In this document: one piece after another, positions 1 to 10,934 of the stretch
How positions within the stretch are numbered: position 1 is the first letter of the stretch
Layout of the letters: the number at the start of each line of letters is the position of its first letter
Assembly (NCBI GenBank): GCA_036785375.1
Contig: JAWMAR010000471.1
Coordinates: 1,054,001-1,117,815, forward strand
Length of the DNA stretch: 63,815 nucleotides
Source of the DNA: Leucoraja ocellata
Lineage: Eukaryota
Direction: 5' to 3'
Made by a program: the position numbers and the translations under genes
Notes under the pieces: generated by a model
What the model saw: the letters and a program-made list of their open reading frames with translations, nothing else
Told to the model about the DNA's origin: nothing
The model's database searches: none

Positions 1-3000
1 CATCCAACTCAGTATCCCGTACCTGCCTTCTCTCCATACCCCCTGATCCCCTTAGCCACAAGGGCCACATCTAACTCCCTCTTAAATATAGCCAATGAAC
101 TGGCCTCAACTACCTTCTGTGGCAGAGAGTTCCAGAGATTCACCAATCTCTGTGTGAAAAAAAGTTCTTCTCATCTCGGTTTTAAAGGATTTCCCCTTTA
201 TCCTTAAGCTGTGACCCCTTGTCCTGGACTTCCCTAACATCGGGAACAATCTTCCTCCATCTAGCCTGTCCAACCCCTTAAGAATTTTGTAAGTTTCTAT
301 AAGATCCCCTCTCAATCTTCTAAATTCTAGAGAGTATAAACCAAGTCTATCCAGTCTTTCTTCATAAGACAGTCCTGGCATCCCAGGAATCAGTCTGGTG
401 AACCGTCTCTGCATTCCCTCTATGGCAATAATGTCCTTCCTCAGATTTGGAGACCAAAACTGTACGCAATACTCCAGGTGTGGTCTCACCAAGACCCTGT
501 ACAACTGCAGTAGAACCTCTCTGCTCCTATACTCAAATCCTTTTGCAATGAAAGCTAACATACCATTCGCTTTCTTTACTGCCTGCTGCACCTGCATGCC
601 TACCTTCAATGACTGGTGTACCATGACACCCAGGTCTCGCTGCATCTCCCTCTTTTGATTGAGAGGGGATCTTATAGAAACTTACAAAATTCTTAAGGGG
701 TTGGACAGGCTAGATGCAGGAAGATTGCTCCCGATGTTGGACAAGTCCAGGACAAGGGGTCACAGCTTAAGGATAAGGGGAACATCCTTGAAAACCGAGA
801 TGAGAAGAACTTTTTTCACACAGAGAGTAGTGAACTCTGGAACTCTCTGCCATAGAGGGTAGTCGAGCCCAGTTCATTGGTTATATTTAAGAGGGAGTTA
901 GATGTGGCCCTTGTGGCTAAGGGGATCAGAGGGTATGGAGAGAAGGCAGGTACGGGATACTGAGTTGGATGATCAGCCATGATCATATTGAATGGCGGTG
1001 CAGGCTCGAAGGGCCGTATGGCCTACTCCTGCACCTAATTTCTATGTTTGCCTCATTATTGTGTTTTGTATTGAATTCTGTCTTTACTTTGTGTACTAGT
1101 CATGTCTCTACTATTTATTTAATTCCCCTTACATGTTTTTCCTCTACCTGCTAAATTTTTGTAAGGTGTCCTTGGGACTCTTGAAAGGCGCCCATAAATA
1201 AAATGTATTATTATTATTATTATTATCCTTCGCAGTAAAGTTATTGGCCTTCCCTGTCTTATGAAGAAAGACTGGATAGACTTGGTATATACTCTCTAGA
1301 ATTTAGGAGTTTGAGAGGGGATCTTATAGAAACTTACAACATTCTTAAGGGGTTGGACAGGCTAGATGCAGGAAGATTGTTCCCGATGTTGGGGAAGTCC
1401 AGACAAGGGGTCACAGCTTAAGGATAAGGGGGAAATCCTTTAAAACCGAGATGAGATGAACTTTTGTCACCCAGAGAGTGATGAATCTCTGGAACTCTCT
1501 GCGGGTAGTTGAGGCCAGTTCATTGGCTATATTTAAGAGGGAGTTAGATATGGCCCTTGTGGCTAAGGGGATCAGGGGGCATGGAGAGAAGGCAGGTACT
1601 GGATACTGAGTTGGATGATCAGCCATGATCATATTGAATGGCGGTGCAGGCTCGAAGGGCCGAATGGCATACTCCTGCACCTAATTTCTATGTTTCTATA
1701 CTTGTTTCCGTTTCTGCAAGATCTCCGCTCATCCTTCTAAATTCCAGTGAATACAATCCAGGTCTTTCCAACCTTTCCCCATATAACAGTCCCGCCATAC
1801 CGGGGAGTAACCTGGTGAACCTTCGCTGTACTCCCTCCATAGCAAGGATGTCGTTCCCCAATTTAGGAGACCAAAACTGCACATCCAGATGTTGTCTCAC
1901 CAAGGCCCTGTACGACCGCAGAAGGACGTCTACTCGTATACTCAAACAGCCAGAAACAAACTTCAAACAATGCCAGAAATCTCGGGGTTATTATGGATTC
2001 AGATTTACATTTCGACAGTCACATCAAATCAGTAACAAAATCGGCTACTATCACCTCAAAAACGTAGCAAGACTAAGAGGACTCATGTCAGCTCAAGACT
2101 TAGAAAAACTTGTACATGCCTTTATTACTAGTAGGCTAGATTGTTGTAACGGTCTCCTTGCAGGTCTTCCGAAAAAGCTGTCAGGCAGCTACAGCTTGTT
2201 CAGATCGCTGTTGCTAGAGTTCTAACAAAGACAAAAACATTTGAACACATTACACCAATTCTTAAATCCTTACATTGGCTCCCTGTATGTCAGAGAATTG
2301 ATTTCAAAATCCCGCTGCTCACCTATAAATTACTACATGGATTAGGGCAAAAGTATATCACTGACATGGTTCCACTATATAAGCCTTCTAGACCGCTAAG
2401 ATCTTCTGAGACCAATCTGTTAGTCATTCCCAGAGTAAATACAAAACATGGGAAAGCAGGATTTAGTTACTATGCAACAAATAGCTGGAATAAACTTCCT
2501 GAAGATTTAAGACTTGCCTCAACTTTAACCACTTTTAAAACAAGACTGAAAACATTTAATGTTTACTTTAGCTTTCAGCTAAATCTTATCTACATTGCAC
2601 TCTTAACTTTTGCACTTTTTTATAATGCACTTTTATTTTATTTTATTTTAATTATTTTATTTTATTTCATTTTATTATTTCGTATTATTGTCTGACATGT
2701 TTTTTTATGTGAAGCACTTTGAGTCTGCCTCGTGTATGAAATGTACTATATAAATAAAGTTGCCTTGCCTTGCTTTACTCAAATCCTCTCGTAATGAAGG
2801 CCAACTTAATTTTCTTCACTACCAGGTGTACCTGAATGTTTACTTTCAGTGACTGGTGTACAAGGACACCCATGTCTCGTTGCACATCCCTATTACCCAG
2901 TCTGACACCATTGTGACAGTAATCTGCTTCCACGTTCTTGCCGTCACAGTGGATAACCTCACATTTACCGACATTATACCGCATCTGCCATGAATCTGCC

Positions 3001-4112
3001 CACTCAATCAACCTGTCCAGGTCACCCTGCAACCACCTAGCCTCCTCTTCGCAGTTCACAATGCCACCCAGCTTGGTGTAATCTGCAAATTTGTTCGTGT
3101 TCCTTTGAATTCCATCATCTAAATCGTTAATATATATTCTGAATAGTTGTGGCCCCTTCACCGAGCCTTACGGCACTCCACTCGCCACTGCCTGCCATTT
3201 ATGACAGGGACCTCCTTCGTCAATTTTACTTGTCACATTCTCAAAATATTCCAGCAGATTAGTCGATCAGGATTTCCCTGATGCCTCTGAGAATAATCCA
3301 TCTCGGAGGCATCTCAAACTGCCTTTCTTGGGTTCCAGAATCAATCTGATTTTCCCAGTCTACCAGCATTTTTGAAATCTTCCGTAACAACAGTGGCATT
3401 ACATTTGTTACATCTCAATTTTAACTCCCGCTGCAACTTGCACCCTTTATCCAGGCTACTGTTTCGGCGCCTGCAGATAACTCCCCTTGCCGATTTACCT
3501 TTTCAATTCCTCAATTCTATCCACAGCGAATTTACATCGTCCGTGGTTCTGTCAACCCTTGCATCAGCCAATCTTCCCTGTCCCGCCTGCAACTGGTCCA
3601 AAACGCCGCAGCGAGACTCCTGACGGGCACCCGAAAAGGGGACCACATCACCCCGATCCTAGCCTCTCTCCACTGGCTCCCGCATACATTTCAAGACCCT
3701 CCTCTATGTCTACAAAGCCCTCGATGGGCTTGCCCCCTCCTACATTAAAAGTCTTCTCATCCACCACTACACCTTCAGGTCCCTCAGATCGGCCGACTTG
3801 GGGCTGCTGAATATCCCCTGGTCTAGGCATTAGCTTAGGGGCGACCGCGCCTTTGCGGTTGCAGCTCCTAGACTGTGGAACAGCATCCCCCTTCCCATCA
3901 GAACTGCCCCCTCCATCGACTCCTTTAAGTCAAGACTAAAATCTTATCTAAACTCCCAAGCCTTTCCTGACGTCCACTGAGCGAGTGCTATATGTATATA
4001 TGTATGTAGTTTGTATGTCTATACTATTCTTATAACACATGTAAAGCACTTTGGCCAACGAGAGTTGTTTTTTAAATGTGCTATATAAATAAATGTGACT
4101 TGACTTGACTTG
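1..4112. mobile_element. Nest of CR1 3' fragments (both strands) and two L2 3' fragments (about 1946-2772, 3562-4112)
   Basis: CR1 motifs VRPHLEYCVQFWSP and RLRGDLIE; L2 motif SRLDCCN with tails (TTGCC)n and (TGACT)n. Same nest repeated at about 19267-23373. Confidence 0.85.
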
Positions 4113-4864
4113 ACATGCAAGGGATGCATTCCATCCCTCATCAACAGAGCTACCCCACCTCCTGTGCCCACATGCCAAAATCATATTGAATCTTGGGTCA
4201 AAGGGAGAATGATTTACACCTACACGTATTTTCCATGTGTCTGTGTTTTCTCCATCCCTGCAGGTGACTGCATTATTTGCAATCTGTGTGTTCCCTTTCA
4301 CTGGCTCATTGACATTCGGAGGGATACCGGTACCCAGCCCGACTCTGGTCTCGCATTGACCTTTCGTCGATCTTATAAGCCGCGGTGCAGCAATTCCCAC
4401 TACCTTCGGCCGTCCAGCCTCTCATCAAACAAACAAACAGGTCTTGCACTGGCCTTGCTGCATTATTGCGGAGTTTCACAGTGGAGCGGCTGCCTCTGCT
4501 GACAAAACACCTCCGCCACCCGTTCAGTTTAGTTTATTTGTCACGTATACCGATTGGAGAGGGGACTGTGCGTTCATCCTATCTACTGCCCCCATATGTT
4601 CAGCTGCCTGAATGGTTCAGATGGTCCACTGAACGTCAGAGAAACGTCAGGGCCATATCAGATGTTTCACATCCGATTCCGGGCCACCAAACAAATCAGC
4701 AGATGTAACGATCCTCTTCTCAAACTCTTCCTCTCCTCGCACATCGATTTTCAAAAATTCCCAGAACACCGCCCGCACCGAAACGAACAGCCCAGCCTGA
4801 GGTCACCGCTCGGTTCTCCGGGATTGGCTGCAGGATCTGTCTGGCGACCTGGTTTCCAGCCTCT

Positions 4865-4885
4865 CGTCACGTGAACCATTTATTC
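4865..4885 (+). promoter_or_regulatory. Candidate V promoter: CRE half-site (CGTCA) and AT-rich box just upstream of the leader ATG
   Basis: CGTCAC about 30 nt before ATG in all four leaders. CRE-like elements are known in TCR V promoters. Short motif, weak evidence. Confidence 0.3.
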
Positions 4886-4899
4886 CCGGAGAAGGCGCG

Positions 4900-4942
4900 A
4901 TGGGAATCCTCCTATTTTTTGTGCTGTCACTCTGCTTACGCC
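4900..4942 (+). CDS. Leader exon of NAR-TCR V, cassette 1 (MGILLFFVLSLCLR)
   Basis: ATG at 4900, 14 mostly hydrophobic codons + 1 nt, then donor GTGAGT at 4943. Phase 1 matches the V exon acceptor at 5095-5096. Confidence 0.9.
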
Positions 4943-5096
4943 GTGAGTACCGGTCCCCTACTCCCACACAGTGCGGGTTTAACATAAAACAACTCGAGTC
5001 CACTCCGACCTGAATTTCAAACACTGTCCGCGATGTATCCTTCTGCCGTGGTTCGCCTGGAATTCCCACTCACCTCTCCCTGTGTTTCATCTACAG

Positions 5097-5389
5097 ACTC
5101 CTTCAGTCAGTCAGTGACCCAGAGCCCGAATGCGGTGGCTGGAAAAGAGTGTGAGTCCGTCACCATCACCTGCCTTTTCAAAGAAGGTTCCAGTGGCAGC
5201 TACGAATTTAATGTAGGAGGTTTCTTCAAGCAAGCACAACCCGGTGCTAAACGGCAACGGATCACAACAGGTGGACGGTTTGTTGTGTCGTCCAATAAAG
5301 CGGAAAAATCATTTACAGTGAAAATTATTCGTTTGAGAGTTGAGGACATGGCCACATATTACTGTCAAGCTGAGTACAGGTGGAGCATA
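5097..5389 (+). CDS. VNAR-like variable exon (NAR-TCR V), cassette 1, open frame
   Basis: Pyrimidine tract + CTACAG acceptor. Translation SVTQSPNAVAGKECESVTITC...GGRFVVS...LRVEDMATYYC has both canonical Cys, a short FR2-to-GGRF region as in VNAR (no CDR2) and an extra FR1 Cys (KECE). Followed by an RSS. Confidence 0.88.
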
Positions 5390-5428
5390 CACAGTGATGG
5401 GCCTGCGGTTCCAGCAATACAAAAAACC
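5390..5428 (+). other. V recombination signal (22/23-bp spacer)
   Basis: CACAGTG at 5390-5396, then 22 nt + ACAAAAAAC (or 23 nt + CAAAAAACC). Confidence 0.92.
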
Positions 5429-5753
5429 CTGATGGCAGATTCTAGTAGCAACGTGGAGACGCGAGGTAAATCCACCGGGTAAACCCACGGGCCCGCTTTG
5501 TCCCGCCTGCCCTGCATTCTGGGTTGTACCGGATGAAATGCGTGCGATTCAAACAATGGGGTTTCTCTATTTGGCGAGTGCGGCTGGATAATGCCCCCTG
5601 TACCGAAAATGGTGTAAACGAACTGCCATCGAGAATGACCGACCACTCTTCTGATGCACAACTCCAGACGGGATCCAGTTACACAAACTGCAATCTGAAA
5701 AATGCATTCGCTGAACGTTAATCTCCTGCCCGCCCGTCTCGCCGGGCGCCTGG

Positions 5754-5825
5754 GGATTTGAAAGTGACGTGTAACAACGTGTGGCAGTTGGGACAGCCAC
5801 AGTGTAGGAGAGTCGAGTAAAAACT
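5754..5825 (+). other. D segment TGGCAGTTGGGACAGC (5782-5797) flanked by 12-RSS on both sides
   Basis: 5': GGATTTGAA-12-CAACGTG (5754-5781). 3': CACAGTG-12-GTAAAAACT (5798-5825). Lies between V and J; the same structure recurs in cassettes 2 and 4. Confidence 0.8.
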
Positions 5826-6136
5826 CACCCCATTCAAGATATATATTCTTGGGTTTCGGAACCAAAATCATACGATTATTGTTCGTGACGCTGTCGTCCA
5901 AATAAATTACACAGGGATTACCACATTCCATTAACATTCCTTAATAATTGGTTCCCTGTTTGTCAAAACACACCGGCCTGCGTGTGGGAGATCACTCTGC
6001 TCTTAGCTCTGATTCTTAGCGGGAACCGGTCGACCCACCGAGGATTGGGGAGCAAGGACAGTTACTGGTTGGTCTGAAACTCCTGGAATAATTGGGCAGC
6101 GATTCTGATGGTTGCCGGGCAAATCGCGGTGAGGAC

Positions 6137-6239
6137 TGTTATTGTACTACGAGCATCGAGAGACGGGGCACTGTGGCTGCGGCTTCATGGAACACTTACT
6201 ATCAGGATGGGACGGGGACTACGGTGACTGTCGCAGCCG
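6137..6239 (+). other. J segment (6176-6239, AAASWNTYYQDGTGTTVTVAA) with 5' 23-RSS
   Basis: TGTTATTGT-23-CACTGTG (6137-6175), xGxGTxVTV motif, phase-1 donor GTAAGT at 6240. Confidence 0.9.
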
Positions 6240-6814
6240 GTAAGTACTCTAAACCTCTCTTATCCACGGTTGTTCTTGGAAATATTCAGTTCCCTTTAAC
6301 ATTGGATCATGAGGCATCAATTGCTTTCCAATTGAAACAGATTCTATTTATAAAGGGTTCCGGCAACTTGCTCCAGATGTTACGGTACACGTGAGTCCAA
6401 TGAGAGGATATGTCGGGCTCCCCGGGAGCACAACGTGAATCAGGTTGAAGAATAGCTTCTTCCCCAAAGCCATCAGGATCGGGAACACCACATCGCGCTA
6501 ACCACAGCTATGGATTTCTAGGCAGACACAAGTAAATGCGGACGCTGAAATCGGTTACTGAAGTCTAGATTCCAAATGTCGGCTATCAATGTTCTCCTGA
6601 AATGCTGCCTGACCCGTGGAGTTAATGCTACCACCGAACCGCCGGCTTGTTCCAACATACTCTGCGAATTTACCCTCTTGCTCTACAAGTTACTGCAGCC
6701 CTTAGTGTTCATAAACTTTTCATAATTGTCTCTGGTTATACAAAGGATTTGTGTTTTTGTTGTTGTCGCTCTAGGATGTGGCCATTAGATTATTGAGTAG
6801 TTTTTGTATCAGAC

Positions 6815-7030
6815 AGGACGACAGATGGCACAATGGGCTAAGTGTTCGGCTGGCGACCGGAAGGTAGCCGGTTCGAATCCCGCCTTGGAGTGCATACTGT
6901 CGTTGTGTCCTTGGGGCAAGACACTTCACCCACCTTTGCCTGTGTGTAATGTAATGTAATTATGTGAAGCACTTTGCGGTGAATGCAAGTTGACTGAAAT
7001 GTGCTATATAAATAAGATTATATATATATA
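6815..7030 (+). mobile_element. tRNA-derived CORE-type SINE with L2-like tail
   Basis: B-box GGTTCGAATCC, CORE-like GTGTCCTTGGGGCAAGACACTT, tail TGTGAAGCACTTT...GCTATATAAAT. Not present in the paralogous introns of cassettes 2 and 4. Confidence 0.7.
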
Positions 7031-7691
7031 GACATTATAAGAGGAATGGGTTGATCGTACGGTTGATCGTCCATCATCCAGATCGAAAACATACAACGGG
7101 GAAAGTAGTGAGCCCGACTTGACCCATTAGTCAAAGGCAGCAAGCGGAAAGATCACTTGTATTCCAATATTTGCCCTGCAACGGAAGCCTATCCTCTGTC
7201 CAGGCTGAAACCTCATCTCTAACACCAATACTCCAATTTTAATTATCCGCTTCGCGTCGGCACCAAGAAAGCTGCATTTCTGACTTGCCTTTGTCCATCC
7301 TGCTTGTTGCTATCACAAACAATTTCAACAGGGGCAAGAACCCCCCCCCCCCCCCCCACCCCGACTAGTTCTCGCTGACTTGCAAATTTTATCATGTGCT
7401 TCCAGATAGCACTGAACCGCATTTTTATAATCGTTTCAAAATCTTACAAACTATGAAGTCATGCTAACCGCCTTATCATTACAACTGGCTTATGAATGTA
7501 TCCCATAAAATCTATGGGATTGATCCACGCCCGCTGTGAGAGAAAGCCTGGGAAACAATCTATTTCTTACTCCAGGAAACAGAGGGAGGTTGGCGGGGAG
7601 TAGATGGGCTGTGAGTGAAGCTGAACCCTCTGTAAACATTCCACTAACTGAAATCAAACGACAGCTGGCAGACCTGTTGAAACGGTTCTCT

Positions 7692-7722
<31 letters not shown>

Positions 7723-8411
7723 ATATGAACTGCAAGCAGCAAAAAGGCGGGCGACCAAGATTGAAAACCAAAACTGTTCTTCAATTAAATTAAAATAAAA
7801 TGCAGAAGGACGTGGCCCAGTGAAGAAAAACCCCAACTCTTGATACATAGAGGGCAAAGGCATTTATCCCGGGTTGTGTAATTCCACTTAAAAGATGACC
7901 TTCCAGTTGTTAATCCAAGAAGGCTGTGGAGGCGAATTCAGGGGAAAATAAGGCAGCGATAGATAGATTTTTGATTAAGTCGAGGCGTCAGAGGTTTTGA
8001 CATTGCGGAGAATGGGGTCGGAGGAGACATAGGTCAGCCATTATTGAATGGCAGAGTGGGTCTGATGGGCCGAATGGCCTAATTATACTCCTTTCACATG
8101 TCCTTATGACCTTATGACCTTATGCCTTAAATGCCAACACACCACTGTTGAACCTTGACTATATCCAGGAAGGGATTACACTTCAGTCAAGTTGTGGGAG
8201 AATTACTAGTTCTATTGTTTAACGCCAAGCACAATTGCAAAACTTTGGAGAACCGACAAAAGGAATTTGTCTCAATCACCGGATCCCGACTCACTGAATC
8301 AGCTCCACTATTATCCCGTGCTCGCTTTGACTGTTCCCACAGCTGGAATATTTCCAATTTCACTTTCACAATCAGAGTTTGACCTCGGGGATATTCGTCA
8401 GTGATTTTCTC

Positions 8412-9400
8412 CACGGTGGCGCAACGGTAACGGTAGAGGTGCTGCCTAACAGCGCGTTTAGCACCAGCGACCCGAGTTCGATCCCGACCCGGTGCTGTTG
8501 GTACGGAGTTTGTATGTTCACCACACAATCTGTGTGGACTTTCTCCGAGATAGAACATAGAAACATAGAAAACAGGTGCAGGAGTAGGCTATTCGGCCCT
8601 TCGAGCATGCACCAGCCATTCAATATGATTATGGCTGATCATCCAACTCAGTATCCTGTACCTGCCTTCTCTCAATACCCCCTGATCCCTTTAGCCACAA
8701 GGGCCACATCTAACTCCCTCTTAAATATAGCCAATGAATGGCCCGCAACTACTTCTGCGGGAGAGAATTCCAGAGATTCACCACTCTCTCTGTGAAAAAA
8801 AGTTTTCCTCATCTCGGTCCTAAAAGATTTCCCCTTTATCCTTAAACTGTGAACCCTGTTCTGGACTTCCCCAACATCGGGAACAATCTTCCTGCATCTA
8901 GCCTGTCCAACCCCTTAAGAATGTTGTAAGTTTCTATAAGATCCCCCCCTCAATCGTCTAAATTCTAGCGAGTACAAACCGAGTCTATCCAGTCTTTCTT
9001 CATATGAAAGTCCTGACATCACAGGAATTAGTCTGGTGAACCTTCTCTGTACTCCCTCTAGGGCACGAATGTCTGTCCTCAGATTAGGAGACCAAAACTG
9101 TACGCAATGCTCCAGGTGTGGTCTCACCAAGACCTGTACAACTGCAGTAGAACCTCCCTGCTCCTAAATCTAGGGTATCTTCCCACACTCCAAATACGGA
9201 CAGTTTATAAGGGTTATTGGCGCTCTATAAATGTAAATATTCCATCGTGTGTGTTGGATTGTGTTAATGTGCGGGGATTGCGGGGCGGCGCTGACTTGGT
9301 GGGCCGAAGGGCCCGTTTCCGCGCTGTGTTCCTAAACTAAATTAAACTGAACTAAACTGAACTAATGTAAACTAAACCAAACTATACAAAGTAAACTAAC
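8412..9400 (+). mobile_element. HE1/V-SINE-like element split by an antisense CR1 fragment (about 8549-9167)
   Basis: tRNA-like head GGTGGCGCA...GTTCGATCC, 3' GGGCCGAAGGGCCCGTTTCC and (AAACT)n tail. Same nest at about 26740-28050 and 60455-61765, with further CR1 insertions. Confidence 0.7.
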
Positions 9401-9575
9401 CTAACGAAATTAAATCTCCACTCGTCGAGGGAACAATTAAAGGATCCATAAATAACGTTTCCATACATTTAGCAAAATGTGATGAACTACAGGATACGGT
9501 AACTAGTTTCTGTGTGTGTCACAGTCTCCAACAGTCAATGTTAAACAATAACTATTCCCCTGTTATTTTCCGCAG

Positions 9576-9917
9576 ATTCCATTTACGCGGGTTCCCAGAG
9601 TCCGCCTCACAATCCTCTCTTTCTGGTGACACTGCCACCCTTAACTGCGTATATTCCGGATTCTGCTCGTACACAGTACACTGGTACCGACAGTTCCCAG
9701 GCAGGCTCTGGAATTCCTGCTCCAAAGACACACTTCAGGAAAGCAAGATGAGGAAGAGGCTGCCGAAGGTCGTATTTCTGGTTCTCTCGATCCAGGCCAG
9801 AAATCAGTCAGTTAACTCTCTCTGAAGTACTGCCGAGCGACGAGGCTGTGTATTACTGTGGGATGAGTCCGCGCATCGCACAGTGGCACAGCGCAGCGAG
9901 ATAGCTGTACCAAAACC
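9576..9917 (+). pseudogene. Leaderless supporting TCR-delta-type V, cassette 1 (exon 9576-9878, 23-RSS 9879-9917); frameshifted in this assembly
   Basis: TTTTCCGCAG acceptor; NCVYSGFCSYTVHWYRQ...DEAVYYC; CACAGTG-23-ACCAAAACC. Three 1-nt losses in short homopolymers relative to the 29620 copy, close to a gap, so these may be consensus errors. Confidence 0.75.
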
Positions 9918-10061
9918 TCAGCGTTGCGGAATACAGGCACACAGCCCTGCAGAACATCTGGGGCGCTAACCGAGAACCTCAGTGTAGTATGGATTGTTAC
10001 ACGTTGCCAGGGAAGGAAATAAAGAACACATTACAAGATAAATTATGTTGAAACTTACAGA

Positions 10062-10269
10062 NNNNNNNNNNNNNNNNNNNNNNNNNNNNNNNNNNNNNNN
10101 NNNNNNNNNNNNNNNNNNNNNNNNNNNNNNNNNNNNNNNNNNNNNNNNNNNNNNNNNNNNNNNNNNNNNNNNNNNNNNNNNNNNNNNNNNNNNNNNNNNN
10201 NNNNNNNNNNNNNNNNNNNNNNNNNNNNNNNNNNNNNNNNNNNNNNNNNNNNNNNNNNNNNNNNNNNNN
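10062..10269. other. Assembly gap
   Basis: N run. Confidence 1.
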
Positions 10270-10934
10270 CTCCGACGCTGAGAAGTTTCGAAACGCCCTT
10301 TCAAATGTTTTGTCGGAGGGAAGAGGGACAGAGACAACGAGAGTTCGAAGTCTGACCTAACGTCGGACGCGGAAACTATCAATTTTAAAGGATATCTCCA
10401 TTCAGTGCGGGAATTCCAGCGCTTTTATGGAGGGCCGCGAGAGCAGCAGTGGCTGGTGGATTGCCATTCGTACCTGGTGAACGGGAGTCGGAAAGTGTCG
10501 TGTTTTTATCGTTTCTAGCACCATAACCCTGCTCCCATACCGAGTGCCCAGAGAGTACAGGACCCTGGCCACTCACTGGCCAGCTCATCGCTGTCAGAGA
10601 TATCGGGATCCTCCCTCGACACTGATCCCGGGGATGGGATCATGCTGGAGGTGGGGAACCCCGATGTATCCAGCTTACGCAGTGGAGCGAGCGAGCTAGC
10701 AGCCAGCTGCAGCCCTCCGTACTCAGAGCTTGAGCGTAGTGAGTGGGAAGATGCTGCTTCACGTATCAATGGGTTGGCAAAATGCCTGAATTCCAGTGTT
10801 GTGTCTTTTGGGGCCGTTATCTGGCCCATGCGGGAATTTCTGAAAGTAAACAAGTTTAGCAGGAGCACAAGACCAGACAGCTGGCAAACAGTGGCCGGAT
10901 CTGACGAAACATAACCGGGCACTTGATGCCGCAT

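Noticed and set aside
106-4708. Many 60-200 aa ORFs here and across the window
   Set aside because: Fragments or antisense frames of CR1/L2 elements, or chance ORFs repeated only because of the segmental duplication.
4900-6239. IgNAR or IgH cluster
   Set aside because: Only one D, no constant exons after J, and J is followed by an in-phase leaderless TCR-like V with matching extra cysteines, which fits NAR-TCR.
6826-6890. tRNA gene
   Set aside because: The tRNA-like A/B boxes are followed by a CORE-like body and LINE tail, so it is a SINE head.
7695-7722. Poly-G and poly-C tracts as functional G-quadruplexes
   Set aside because: Length is not conserved in paralogous copies (about 6 G near 26084); simple slippage.
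9335-9410. CRISPR-like or functional short repeat array
   Set aside because: (AAACT/GAACT)n is a SINE tail with no spacers, and the DNA is vertebrate.
9576-9878. Definite pseudogene status of supporting V1
   Set aside because: The three lesions are 1-nt losses in homopolymers near a contig end, and TE sequence after the gap shows similar indels. Consensus error is plausible, so status is left open.
10270-10930. Possible coding fragment after gap 1
   Set aside because: No recognisable motif or splice structure; could be part of an unclassified TE, and I cannot support a call.
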